DNA of 63,776 nucleotides from Patescibacteria group bacterium (GCA_018820085.1 JAHJOV010000034.1:1-63776); one strand, 5' to 3'. Numbered from the stretch's first letter, positions 53,274 to 62,041 are shown. Made by a program: numbers and translations. Notes: a model not told the origin generated them from the letters alone.

Positions 53274-54791
53274 TCACATCTTCTCTGGAGCGGAAATACC
53301 CATTAGCTCCAAAGCATTTCTAAGAACTATTTTAGTTGCTTTGATCAAACTAATTCTAGCTTGAGCAATTTTTTCATCTTCGCCTAAAATTCTACAATTT
53401 TCGTAAAAACCATGAAATTTATTTGCTAATTCTAGGGAATAATAGGGGAGACGCTGAACCTGATAATCCCCCGCTATATCCTCAATAATTTCAGGAAACT
53501 TACTTAATTCTTTAATTAACTCTAATTCAGCTGGATGAGTTAGCATTCCAAAATCTGATTTTGATGACTTTGTTTTTTTCAAAATACTACAAATTCTGGC
53601 GTGGGCATACTGGACATAGTAAACCGGATTTTTCTTTGTTTGCTCTTTGGCTAATTCTAAATCAAAATTCAAATGTGTATCAGGAGATTTTTGTAAAAAG
53701 AAAAACCTAGTTGCATCCTTCCCTGTTTTGTCTAAGAGTTCATTCATATATACATAATTACCAGCCCTTTTAGACATTTTTTTAGCTTTCCCTTTTTCTA
53801 AAATAGTCACAAACTGATGCAAAACTATTTTTAGCTTATCCTTGTGCCCAATAACCTCGACTCCGGCCATTAACCCAGAAATATCTCCATAGTGATCGGT
53901 GCCCCATTCATTAATGACTGTAGCAAACTTTTTATCGTTAAACTTGTAATAATGTAAGGCAATGTCGCCGGGCAAATATGTCTTATTCCCATCCTGCTTA
54001 ATAACTACCCTATCCCTATTATCGCCAAATTTTTTTGATTTAAACCATTTAGCTCCTTCTTTCTCGTAAATTAAACCTTTTTTCTCTAACAACTCCAAAA
54101 TTTTATCAACTTTGCCTGATTTATACAAATCAGATTCAAAAATCCACTCATCATATTTAATACCCATCTGCTTGGTCGTTTCCCGAATTATATTTTTAAT
54201 AATATATTTAGCAGCCCACTGTCCTGTTTTAAAAACATCTTTATTTTTATTTAATTTATTTAACTTATCAATATAATCCCCTTTGTATTTAGCTTCATCG
54301 TCTTTTAAGACTGAATGTCCCAAAGCTACAATTTGTTGACCTACATCATTAACATAATATGCCTTTTCTACCTTATATCCAGCTTTTTTTAAAACATTTC
54401 CCAAAACATCGCCGAATGGGCCTCCCCTAGCATTGCCCACGGTTAAAGGTCCTGTTGGATTGGCAGAGATAAATTCAACTTGAACTTTTTTCTTCTGACC
54501 AATTTCCAATTGCCCATAATTGTCTTTTTTATCTAAAATTTCAGTTAACTCACTTTGCAATGCTTTCTGAGATAAATAGAGATTAATAAAACCAGGACCG
54601 GCTTTTTCAACTTTTTCGAATAAAGGATTGTCTTTTAATTCAGAAATTATCTTATCTGGATCAATTTTAACCTTAAGGGCAATATTAGTAGAAAAATCAC
54701 CGTGTTCAATCACATTTGGATGTTCCAAATCGGTTTTTTGACCAACTACTCCTTCAATTATTTTTTCTATTTTCTTTCTTAACATACTCAC
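53274..54791 (-). CDS. argS: Arginine--tRNA ligase
   Basis: SANPTGPLTVGNARG (HIGH-type region), KMSKRAGN-like motif, and a DALR C-terminal domain. Confidence 0.95.
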   Translation of the reverse strand: MSMLRKKIEKIIEGVVGQKTDLEHPNVIEHGDFSTNIALKVKIDPDKIISELKDNPLFEKVEKAGPGFINLYLSQKALQSELTEILDKKDNYGQLEIGQKKKVQVEFISANPTGPLTVGNARGGPFGDVLGNVLKKAGYKVEKAYYVNDVGQQIVALGHSVLKDDEAKYKGDYIDKLNKLNKNKDVFKTGQWAAKYIIKNIIRETTKQMGIKYDEWIFESDLYKSGKVDKILELLEKKGLIYEKEGAKWFKSKKFGDNRDRVVIKQDGNKTYLPGDIALHYYKFNDKKFATVINEWGTDHYGDISGLMAGVEVIGHKDKLKIVLHQFVTILEKGKAKKMSKRAGNYVYMNELLDKTGKDATRFFFLQKSPDTHLNFDLELAKEQTKKNPVYYVQYAHARICSILKKTKSSKSDFGMLTHPAELELIKELSKFPEIIEDIAGDYQVQRLPYYSLELANKFHGFYENCRILGEDEKIAQARISLIKATKIVLRNALELMGISAPEKM

Positions 54792-54835
54792 ATCATAGCT
54801 TATTTATTTATTTTTCTCAATACTAATGCTGTTCT

Positions 54836-54860
54836 CAGAGATCCGACCTTAGATTGTACA
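54836..54860. repeat. Degenerate half-copy of the palindromic element
   Basis: CAGAGATCCGACCTTAGATTGTAC upstream of the argS start. Confidence 0.5.
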
Positions 54861-54896
54861 AAAAAATCCCTTAAATCCTAAAAGAATCTAAGGGAT
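54859..54896 (-). terminator. Terminator of the 199-aa orphan gene
   Basis: Minus strand ATCCCTTA-loop-TAAGGGAT followed by TTTTTTT. Confidence 0.65.
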
Positions 54897-54901
54897 TAAC
54901 A

Positions 54902-55501
54902 TTAAAGTTCTGGAACCACGATCCGACGCCGACTCTCGGCGTCCCAGATGCGAGAGCGTCCAAAATGCCGAACATACACGCCACGATAACTATTAAAATT
55001 TAAACGCAGTACATCGACAACGAAGAAATGTCCGTTTACTTCACATAGGAAAAATGTTGAATGTTTGTCTTTGCGTAACCAAACGGAATATTTCATTACA
55101 AAGTTCTTGATTTGATGCTGTGTGAGGCATATTTTTTTCACATCAGCATTCAGCTTGCTAAACATTTCTGGATAGGTCGCGTTTCCTATCATCTCATACA
55201 CAGCAACCGGAGTTTTTGGGGTTTCTGCTGCTCTCTCATTTAAACCCCATTCTTTAAAACATTTATCAATGACATCAAAATATTCTACTGCATCTACCAG
55301 GGTTTCAGTTCCATCCACAGCATCAAGGAAGAGATCCGCACCACCAGAGATAAGCTTGGTAAATTTATTCTCATTCCCGCTAACAATGCTTTTGATCTGC
55401 TCGAGTGTTATACTCTTATCATGTATCTGCCTGAAAAGATCTTTTAGTACGCCAGACCAAGGCCAATCCGACACACTTCCGACCACTTGTCTTTTACTCA
55501 T
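54902..55501 (-). CDS. Hypothetical 199-aa protein (GC-richer orphan)
   Basis: SD AAGGAGA 7 nt upstream, and its own terminator. No family recognised. Confidence 0.55.
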   Translation of the reverse strand: MSKRQVVGSVSDWPWSGVLKDLFRQIHDKSITLEQIKSIVSGNENKFTKLISGGADLFLDAVDGTETLVDAVEYFDVIDKCFKEWGLNERAAETPKTPVAVYEMIGNATYPEMFSKLNADVKKICLTQHQIKNFVMKYSVWLRKDKHSTFFLCEVNGHFFVVDVLRLNFNSYRGVYVRHFGRSRIWDAESRRRIVVPEL

Positions 55502-55618
55502 AGCCAGTTCTCCTTTTATTAAATTGTTTTGGTACTATTGTCTACTGGAAACCAGCAGGTTATTATTACAATATCATTTTCTTGATAATTTGTCAATGTC
55601 TCGGCTCCTTCTCTTTTG

Positions 55619-55627
55619 TGATATAAT
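55619..55627 (+). promoter_or_regulatory. Extended -10 promoter for smpB (leaderless type)
   Basis: TG-A-TATAAT (55619-55627), then AGAACT and ATG 55634. Confidence 0.5.
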
Positions 55628-55633
55628 AGAACT

Positions 55634-56083
55634 ATGACTACTTTAGTAACTAATCGCAGGGCTAAATATGACTATACTATCCTGGAAAAATTCGAGGCTG
55701 GTTTAGTTTTAGCCGGTCACGAAGCCAAAGCTATTAAAAAAGGACACATGAGTTTAAAAGGATCCTATGTAACTATTAAAGATAAAGAAGCATGGTTGAT
55801 TAATTCCTTAGTCTCCCTTTATCAACCCAAGAATACCCCAGAAGATTATGAACCAACTAGAAGCCGAAAACTACTTCTCCATAAAAAAGAAATAAAAAGC
55901 TTGATTAGTAAGAAAAAACAAAAAGGCTTGACTTTAGTCCCTTTGCGGGTCTATACTAAACACAATAGAGTTAAACTGGAATTTGCCTTAGGTCAAGGCA
56001 AAGGTAAAATAGATAAAAGAGAAAAGATTAAACAGCGCGAAACTAAAAGAAGTATTGACCGAGCTCTTAAAAATCGGGGATGA
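55634..56083 (+). CDS. smpB: SsrA-binding protein SmpB
   Basis: NRRAKYDYTILEKFEAGLVLAGHEAKAIK... is typical SmpB. Followed by the tmRNA. Confidence 0.95.
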   Translation: MTTLVTNRRAKYDYTILEKFEAGLVLAGHEAKAIKKGHMSLKGSYVTIKDKEAWLINSLVSLYQPKNTPEDYEPTRSRKLLLHKKEIKSLISKKKQKGLTLVPLRVYTKHNRVKLEFALGQGKGKIDKREKIKQRETKRSIDRALKNRG

Positions 56084-56421
56084 CGGGCATCGATGAAAGT
56101 TTTCCTCTTTAATACGCAAGTTCCCGCGTAACGGGACTAAACATTACACAAACACAACTGCTAAACCTAATTTAGCTTTTGCTACTGCTTAAAGTCAGTA
56201 GCCATCCAAACTCTTAATTCCTGATAGGGAGTACGGGTGTTATTTTTTCAGGATAGATAATTAGTTTTGTCTCTGGCTAATTATTAAAAACCTTGAGACG
56301 AGAATTAAGAATATTTTGCTTGGCTTTTAGTTCTTCTTTCTCTAATTTAAACCAAGCTAAACTTGTAGAATTATTAAAGAATAACTTTTAGACGAGGGTT
56401 CAACTCCCTCCGTCTCCACCA
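56076..56421 (+). ncRNA. ssrA: tmRNA (SsrA)
   Basis: 5' GGGGATGACGGGCATCGA. 3' tRNA-like end GACGAGGGTTCAACTCCCTCCGTCTCCACCA with a G3-U pair. The tag reading frame ...GCAAACACAACTGCTAAACCTAATTTAGCTTTTGCTACTGCTTAA gives ANTTAKPNLAFATA*. Confidence 0.9.
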
Positions 56422-56471
56422 TCGCCTCGCCGAAGCTTTAGCGAAGGCGGGTAGTAAACAAATTAAAAACT

Positions 56472-57029
56472 ATTTACAAACGAAGATACAATAAAAGAGT
56501 TTGGAAACCACGTACTCGAATCAATCATTGGATTAGAATTAGCCCTATCAGGTTGATTGATCAAGACGGTAAAAACGTTGGCGTTGTCGAAACCTCTAAG
56601 GCTCTGGTTATGGCCAGAGATGCGGGGCTTGATTTGATAGAGATCGCTCCTAATGTTAAACCGCCTGTTTGTCGAATCATGGATAGCGGCAAATTCCAAT
56701 ACCAGAAATCCAAGCAAGAGAAAGACCAACGCTCTAAACAAAAAAATATTGAAACTAAAGGAATTAGAATCAGTATGAGAACTGGAAAACATGATTTGGA
56801 TACTAAAATTAAACAAATAGAGAAATTCTTTAGCAAAGGTCACAAAGTCAGAGTTGAAATGATTCTTAAAGGGCGAGAAAAAAGTCTATTTGATTTAGCT
56901 AAAGAAAAATTAAAACAATTTATTGAATCAATCCCAACAGAGACAAAAATTGATCAAGAAATTAGAAAACAGCCAAGAGGATTAAGTATAGTTATTGGAG
57001 AATCCCTTACAAGCGGAAATAAAAAATAA
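56472..57029 (+). CDS. infC: Translation initiation factor IF-3 (non-canonical start, position uncertain)
   Basis: IRLIDQDGKNVGVV...LDLIEIAPNVKPPVCRIMDSGKFQY. The conserved N-terminus extends upstream of the ORF-track TTG (56553). There is no in-frame ATG/GTG after the stop at 56439-56441. Candidate starts are ATT 56472 or ATC 56520. Confidence 0.85.
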   Translation: MYKRRYNKRVWKPRTRINHWIRISPIRLIDQDGKNVGVVETSKALVMARDAGLDLIEIAPNVKPPVCRIMDSGKFQYQKSKQEKDQRSKQKNIETKGIRISMRTGKHDLDTKIKQIEKFFSKGHKVRVEMILKGREKSLFDLAKEKLKQFIESIPTETKIDQEIRKQPRGLSIVIGESLTSGNKK

Positions 57030-57226
57030 TGCCAAAATTAAAAACAAGAAAAGCCTTACTTAAAAGAATTAAAATAACTGGCCGAAAGAAAATACTCGCA
57101 AGGAAAACCCATCAAGGACATTTCAACGCCAAAGAATCAGGTAATCAAACCCGGAATAAAAGAAGAGATAACAGAATTTCGCCAGCTGATAATAGAAAGA
57201 TTAGAAAAATATTACCAAACATATAA
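57029..57226 (+). CDS. rpmI: 50S ribosomal protein L35
   Basis: MPKLKTRKALLKRIKITGRKKI.... Forms the infC-rpmI-rplT operon. Confidence 0.9.
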   Translation: MPKLKTRKALLKRIKITGRKKILARKTHQGHFNAKESGNQTRNKRRDNRISPADNRKIRKILPNI

Positions 57227-57243
57227 TTTGGTTTTTTAATAGT

Positions 57244-57588
57244 ATGACCAGAGTAAAAAGAGGCGTTATGGCCCACAAAAGAAGAAAGAATGTTCTCAAG
57301 CAAGCTAAGGGCTTCAAGTGGGGACGTAAATCCAAGTATAAATTAGCTAAGGATGCTGTTAAACATGCCTTAACTTATGCTTACCGAGACCGTAAAGCCA
57401 AAAAACGTGATTTTCGACGTCTCTGGCAAATAAAGATTAATGCTGCTTCAAGATCTCACGGAATCGCCTATAGCCAATTCATTAATAAATTAAAAAAAGC
57501 CAATATTGAAATTGACCGAAAAATACTTGCCTACTTAGCAGAAAAAGAACCAAAAATCTTTGAAAAAATTGTTGAGAAGATTAAATAG
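57244..57588 (+). CDS. rplT: 50S ribosomal protein L20
   Basis: MTRVKRGVMAHKRRKNVLKQAKGF...RDRKAKKRDFRRLWQ. Confidence 0.95.
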   Translation: MTRVKRGVMAHKRRKNVLKQAKGFKWGRKSKYKLAKDAVKHALTYAYRDRKAKKRDFRRLWQIKINAASRSHGIAYSQFINKLKKANIEIDRKILAYLAEKEPKIFEKIVEKIK

Positions 57589-57589
57589 A

Positions 57590-58522
57590 TTAAATCTCCC
57601 CGATTAAGAGATCTAAGGCGGTTGGGCCATCCCAGCGGCCTTTTTTAATTCCTAAATCAATTTCTAATAATCTCCGATAGATTTTCTTTAATTGATCTAA
57701 ACTAAAATTCCTTAATTGATCTGAACTCTTTTGAACGACAAAAGGATGAAGTCCTGCCTTTTTAGCTAGATCGTAATAAGAAGTACCTCTCTCCATTAAA
57801 TCTTTAAGTTTAATTAAAGTTCTTAATTGATAAGTAAACATTGTTAATAAATAAATTTCATTCTCGCCTTGTTCCAAATGCTGATGCAAGAATTTAAAAG
57901 CAGATCTCTTATCTCTTCTAGCTAAAGCATCAATGGTTTTAAAAATATTAGTATCTAATTTAGCTCTAACTAATAAATCTATGTCTTGCTCATCAATTAT
58001 TTGTCCCGCTTTATAACTCCCTAATTTATTGAGCTCGTTACTCAATTGCCATAAATCATCACCTACATAAGCAACTAATTTACTAATTGCTATGGGACTA
58101 ATATTAATTATATTCTTAGTTGCTTCCTTCTTCAACCAATTAATTAACTCTATCCCTTTTAATAATTTGAATTCTTCAACCATGCTGGCCTTATTTTTGT
58201 AAGAAGGACTAGTTAACTTCCCTTCTTGATGCAAAACAACAATAACATCATCATTGTTTTTTAATTTACTCTTAGTAATGTATTTGGAAAATTCTTCAGA
58301 AAAACTTTTGTTTTTTAAAATGTTTTCTATAATCAATAGCTTTTTTTCATCAAACATTGAAACCGATTCAATAGTTTGTTTAACCTTATCAAAATCCAAA
58401 CTATTTTCTCTAAAACAAACCAAATTAAGACCGGTCTTATGTTTAGTCTTGTATTGTTCAATAATCTGATTTAATTTTTGGCGTGAGCGAAAGGTATCCT
58501 CGCCATAAAGTAAAATAAGCAT
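57590..58522 (-). CDS. holA: DNA polymerase III delta subunit
   Basis: MLILLYGEDTFRSRQKL... The length and helical C-terminal domains fit HolA. The assignment is by pattern only. Confidence 0.65.
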   Translation of the reverse strand: MLILLYGEDTFRSRQKLNQIIEQYKTKHKTGLNLVCFRENSLDFDKVKQTIESVSMFDEKKLLIIENILKNKSFSEEFSKYITKSKLKNNDDVIVVLHQEGKLTSPSYKNKASMVEEFKLLKGIELINWLKKEATKNIINISPIAISKLVAYVGDDLWQLSNELNKLGSYKAGQIIDEQDIDLLVRAKLDTNIFKTIDALARRDKRSAFKFLHQHLEQGENEIYLLTMFTYQLRTLIKLKDLMERGTSYYDLAKKAGLHPFVVQKSSDQLRNFSLDQLKKIYRRLLEIDLGIKKGRWDGPTALDLLIGEI

Positions 58523-58622
58523 TTTTTATATATATTATAGCGAGTTATTTTGTTTTTTTTGAGAGCGTAGGGCGCCCTTTAGGGCTAAAGCGCGAGAAAA
58601 AAATAAAATAACAAGCTAGATT

Positions 58623-59642
58623 TTAATTCCAGGTTACTTCTTGATTTGGTTCAACTATTTCAATCCAAGTTTGACCAGGAACAAAAGGAATTTCTTGACC
58701 ATCGCTATCTACAAATTTAAGTTTACTAAAAGGCTTAATCTCACTTTTCTGCCAAGTACAGTCAAGGACTACTCCGTTTTGATAAATTTGACAATCGCCA
58801 CCCCCTTCAAGATCAAGATCATTGTAATCCGGTCCTTCAATCTGTTTAGAAAAAACCCTCATGACAACAATATTTTTAGCTTCAATTTGTTTATCATTAC
58901 TAACATCCATTTCTCTTAAATTATCTCTGTAACGAAGATATGAATTAGTACCGGAGTCATATTGATAAGAAACGTAATAAGGGCGGGAATAGCCAATTCC
59001 TAAAACCCTATTAACCGCCCCTTGATTATTTTCTTTAATGAAAGAATACCCTTCAAAAAGATTAGTTGAACGATAATTTAATTTTGAAGCTGCGCTAGTT
59101 AAACGATCTATTGAAGTAAAACCATTATGAGGTTGAGGTTTACTATTATCTCGATAAAAAGAATTATATGGATTTTTCAAAGCATCAATATTATCCATAA
59201 TTCCAGCATCTAATTTATCCAAAGCAAAATGAGAACCACCCCAGTGAACCAAAATAGCATCGAGGCCTTGAGCTAAGGGAATGAAATCGTGACGAGCGCT
59301 TCTTAAAGAACCAATTTTTTCTGGCTGATTACAAACAAAGAAAGCCATTAATCGAGTAATACTATTAGTAATAACTAGCATTTCAATAACTAAATCAGCT
59401 TGAGAAAGTCCAGATAAGGGTCTGGTGACTGGATCATTAGCTAAAACTATAGCCAAAGGTCTTTGTTGATAATTCTGGCAGGAAAGACCACTTAAAGGAC
59501 TAAGACCCTCTCCTTCAACTGGAATTAATTGAGCCAATTGACTGTCAATTTCAATTGTTCGATCACTTTTTTGCCAAATAAAAACTAGCCCCGCGGCTAG
59601 AATGACCAACAATGGAATAGTAATAAGTCTCTTATTAGTCAT
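58623..59642 (-). CDS. DUF3048 (YerB-like) secreted/lipo-protein
   Basis: N-terminal TM/signal, then ...PLAIVLANDPVTRPLSGLSQADLVIEM...LRSARHDF...HWGGS, as I recall for DUF3048. Confidence 0.6.
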   Translation of the reverse strand: MTNKRLITIPLLVILAAGLVFIWQKSDRTIEIDSQLAQLIPVEGEGLSPLSGLSCQNYQQRPLAIVLANDPVTRPLSGLSQADLVIEMLVITNSITRLMAFFVCNQPEKIGSLRSARHDFIPLAQGLDAILVHWGGSHFALDKLDAGIMDNIDALKNPYNSFYRDNSKPQPHNGFTSIDRLTSAASKLNYRSTNLFEGYSFIKENNQGAVNRVLGIGYSRPYYVSYQYDSGTNSYLRYRDNLREMDVSNDKQIEAKNIVVMRVFSKQIEGPDYNDLDLEGGGDCQIYQNGVVLDCTWQKSEIKPFSKLKFVDSDGQEIPFVPGQTWIEIVEPNQEVTWN

Positions 59643-59652
59643 TGAAACAAAA

Positions 59653-60054
59653 TTAATTATTCTTTAAAACAGCTTTAACTTTCCTAATGATTTCATCAGG
59701 CGTAAAATGGGCCTTAATCAAATAATCGTTCGCCCCCAAATCTAATCCTTTTTTTACCTCCTCTTCTTGTCCAAGGTTACTTAAAATAATAACTGGAATT
59801 TTGCTGGTTTGAGGATCTTGTTTAATCTGTTTAAGAATATCGTATCCATCAAGGCTGGGTAGAACTAAATCCAACAAAATTAATTGAGGTAATTCTTCTT
59901 TTACTTTTTTTAAAGCCTCTTGTCCGTCAACCGCTATTAAGATATTAAAACCAGTCCCCTCTAACTTACGGACTAAAAGCTCCCGTAGAAATTTATCGTC
60001 TTCTATCACTAAAATAGATAATTTTTTTTCTTTATTTTCTAAATTATTAGACAT
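59653..60054 (-). CDS. Stand-alone response-regulator receiver protein
   Basis: The DD...D(LDL)...K receiver pattern (VIEDD, LILLDLVLP, LSN, KAHF). No output domain. Confidence 0.85.
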   Translation of the reverse strand: MSNNLENKEKKLSILVIEDDKFLRELLVRKLEGTGFNILIAVDGQEALKKVKEELPQLILLDLVLPSLDGYDILKQIKQDPQTSKIPVIILSNLGQEEEVKKGLDLGANDYLIKAHFTPDEIIRKVKAVLKNN

Positions 60055-60078
60055 AATATTTTTTTAATGATTAAAAGA

Positions 60079-60444
60079 TTAATCTAATTGCTTTTTAACC
60101 TTATCGACCACCTCTTGAGGATCAAAGTTAGTTTTAATTAGCCAATCCCTAACCCCTAATTCTTTAGCCCGATCTAATTCAACCGGTTGGCCAGAATTAG
60201 AAATGATAATAATAGGAATCTTTTTTAATTCTTCATCCAGTCTAACTTTTTCCATTAATTCAAAGCCACCCATTTTGGGCATAACAATATCTAAAAGGAT
60301 CAAATCCGGCTTGTTGGCTTTTATTCTTTCCAACCCTTCCTGACCGTCCTTAGCTACTTCAACTTGATATCCTTTTTGGATCAACTTTCTCTGAAGAAGA
60401 TTTGATAAGGTCTCTTCATCTTCAATAATAATGATTTTTTTCAT
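60079..60444 (-). CDS. Stand-alone response-regulator receiver protein
   Basis: Receiver pattern (IIIEDE, LILLDIVMP, ISN, K). No output domain. Confidence 0.85.
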   Translation of the reverse strand: MKKIIIIEDEETLSNLLQRKLIQKGYQVEVAKDGQEGLERIKANKPDLILLDIVMPKMGGFELMEKVRLDEELKKIPIIIISNSGQPVELDRAKELGVRDWLIKTNFDPQEVVDKVKKQLD

Positions 60445-60453
60445 AATTTTGAT

Positions 60454-62019
60454 TTACGACTTAATAGGTAAGGTAAAACAAAAAATACTTCCTTTATCTT
60501 TTTCGCTCTCAAACCAAATTCTGCCGCCATGAGCCTTAATAATATTTTTACAAATAAACAAACCTAAACCAGTTCCTTCAGTTTCTAATCTAATCGCATT
60601 ATTCGTCCTAAAAAACTTGTCAAAAATTCTTTTTTGTTGATCTTTGGGAATTCCAATTCCATCGTCTTTAACTATCACCTTTAGATTAATTTTATCATAT
60701 TCCATTGAAATTGTCACTTTTCCGCCCGGATTATTAAAACGAATAGCGTTATCCAAAAGATTTTGAATGACAATACTAATTTTTTCTTTGTCAACTTCGA
60801 CTTTGGGTAAAGTTCGCTTTGGTTTATCAAAAATAAGCTTGATCTTTTTTTTCGCAATTACTTTGCTTAATTCATCGATTTCCTTCTTAATAATTTCTTC
60901 TAAAGATTGGCTGGTTAAATCGTAAACAAAACGCCCTTCTTCAATTCGTGCCACATTAAGCAAATCATTGACTAAAGTAATCATTCTCTCGTTGCTCTCA
61001 TATCCTTTTTTTAAAAAATCGAGCTGTTCTGGCATTAAACTGCCAACATCTCCGTCCAAAAGCATCTTTAAAGACCATTTTATAGCCGAAAGGGGAGTTC
61101 TTAATTGATGGGCGGCAATAGAAACAAATTCGGTTTTAAGCCGTTCAATTTCTTTTCCCCGAGTAACATCATGCAAAACAATCATTAAACCGACTACTTC
61201 TTTTTTAATTACCACCGGGGCAATTGAAACCTGGAAAAATCTCTGAAGAGGCTCGTCCAAAACTAATTCGTATTTCTGGCCAGTCCATTCTATCTTTCCG
61301 CCCAGAGTCTGATAAAGCTTGGTTAGGTTGGGAGATTTAGAAACCTGACTGATTGTTTTGTTAAGCACGTCTGCTTCTTTCAAATTTAAAACTCTTTCTG
61401 CTTCAGAATTAATCTGAATAATCCTCCCCTGTTTATCAAAAACAATCAAACCATTGGGCAAATTAACTAAAATCGCTCTAGTTTTATTTCTTTCCTGTTC
61501 AATATTCTTTCTCGCCTCTTCCGTGTCTTCTAATATATTTAACAAAGAGCTCTTAGCTTCTTCTAATGCCTTAGTTCTATCTTCCACTTTTTTTTCCAAA
61601 TTCTCCTGTAATTTTTTAAGTTCACTAATATCAAAAATAGCCCAAAAACAACCAATGATATTCCCTTGAGAATCTTTTCTTGCCCTGGCAGAAACATTTA
61701 CCGTAATATCACATTTATCCTGAAAACACAAAACCATTTCTTGATATTCAACTTTCTCTTCTTCAAAAACTCGCTTTAAAAAATCTCTGACTAATTTTTT
61801 ATCTTCAAAAAGAGATTCTATTCCCTGACCAATAATATATGATTCTTTATGTTTGGTTAAATCCTTAAATGCCTGATTAGCATCGATAATCAGTCCGGCT
61901 GGATTAATTGTGCAAACTGGCAAAGGCAAAAAACCAGAAAGTTCTTCAATATATCTTTCCAGATTTTCCAAATCTTCTCTTGCTTGTTGTGATATAAAAC
62001 AATCTTCTTCTCTCTTCAT
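60454..62019 (-). CDS. PAS-domain sensor histidine kinase (cytoplasmic)
   Basis: Two PAS-like modules, H-box FVSIAAHQLRTPLSAI, N-box QNLLDNAIRF, and G-boxes DDGIGI / GTGLGL. No TM segments. Confidence 0.9.
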   Translation of the reverse strand: MKREEDCFISQQAREDLENLERYIEELSGFLPLPVCTINPAGLIIDANQAFKDLTKHKESYIIGQGIESLFEDKKLVRDFLKRVFEEEKVEYQEMVLCFQDKCDITVNVSARARKDSQGNIIGCFWAIFDISELKKLQENLEKKVEDRTKALEEAKSSLLNILEDTEEARKNIEQERNKTRAILVNLPNGLIVFDKQGRIIQINSEAERVLNLKEADVLNKTISQVSKSPNLTKLYQTLGGKIEWTGQKYELVLDEPLQRFFQVSIAPVVIKKEVVGLMIVLHDVTRGKEIERLKTEFVSIAAHQLRTPLSAIKWSLKMLLDGDVGSLMPEQLDFLKKGYESNERMITLVNDLLNVARIEEGRFVYDLTSQSLEEIIKKEIDELSKVIAKKKIKLIFDKPKRTLPKVEVDKEKISIVIQNLLDNAIRFNNPGGKVTISMEYDKINLKVIVKDDGIGIPKDQQKRIFDKFFRTNNAIRLETEGTGLGLFICKNIIKAHGGRIWFESEKDKGSIFCFTLPIKS

Positions 62020-62041
62020 TAAACTGATAATAGATTATGGG

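Noticed and set aside
8921-54860. Possibility that the AGGTC-N-GACCT repeats are a CRISPR array
   Set aside because: The copies are dispersed over 46 kb, one or two per intergenic region. There is no regular repeat-spacer periodicity, and no cas genes are in the window.
56463-56843. 126-aa minus-strand ORF (and 56561-56836)
   Set aside because: It is antisense to the clearly conserved infC coding sequence.
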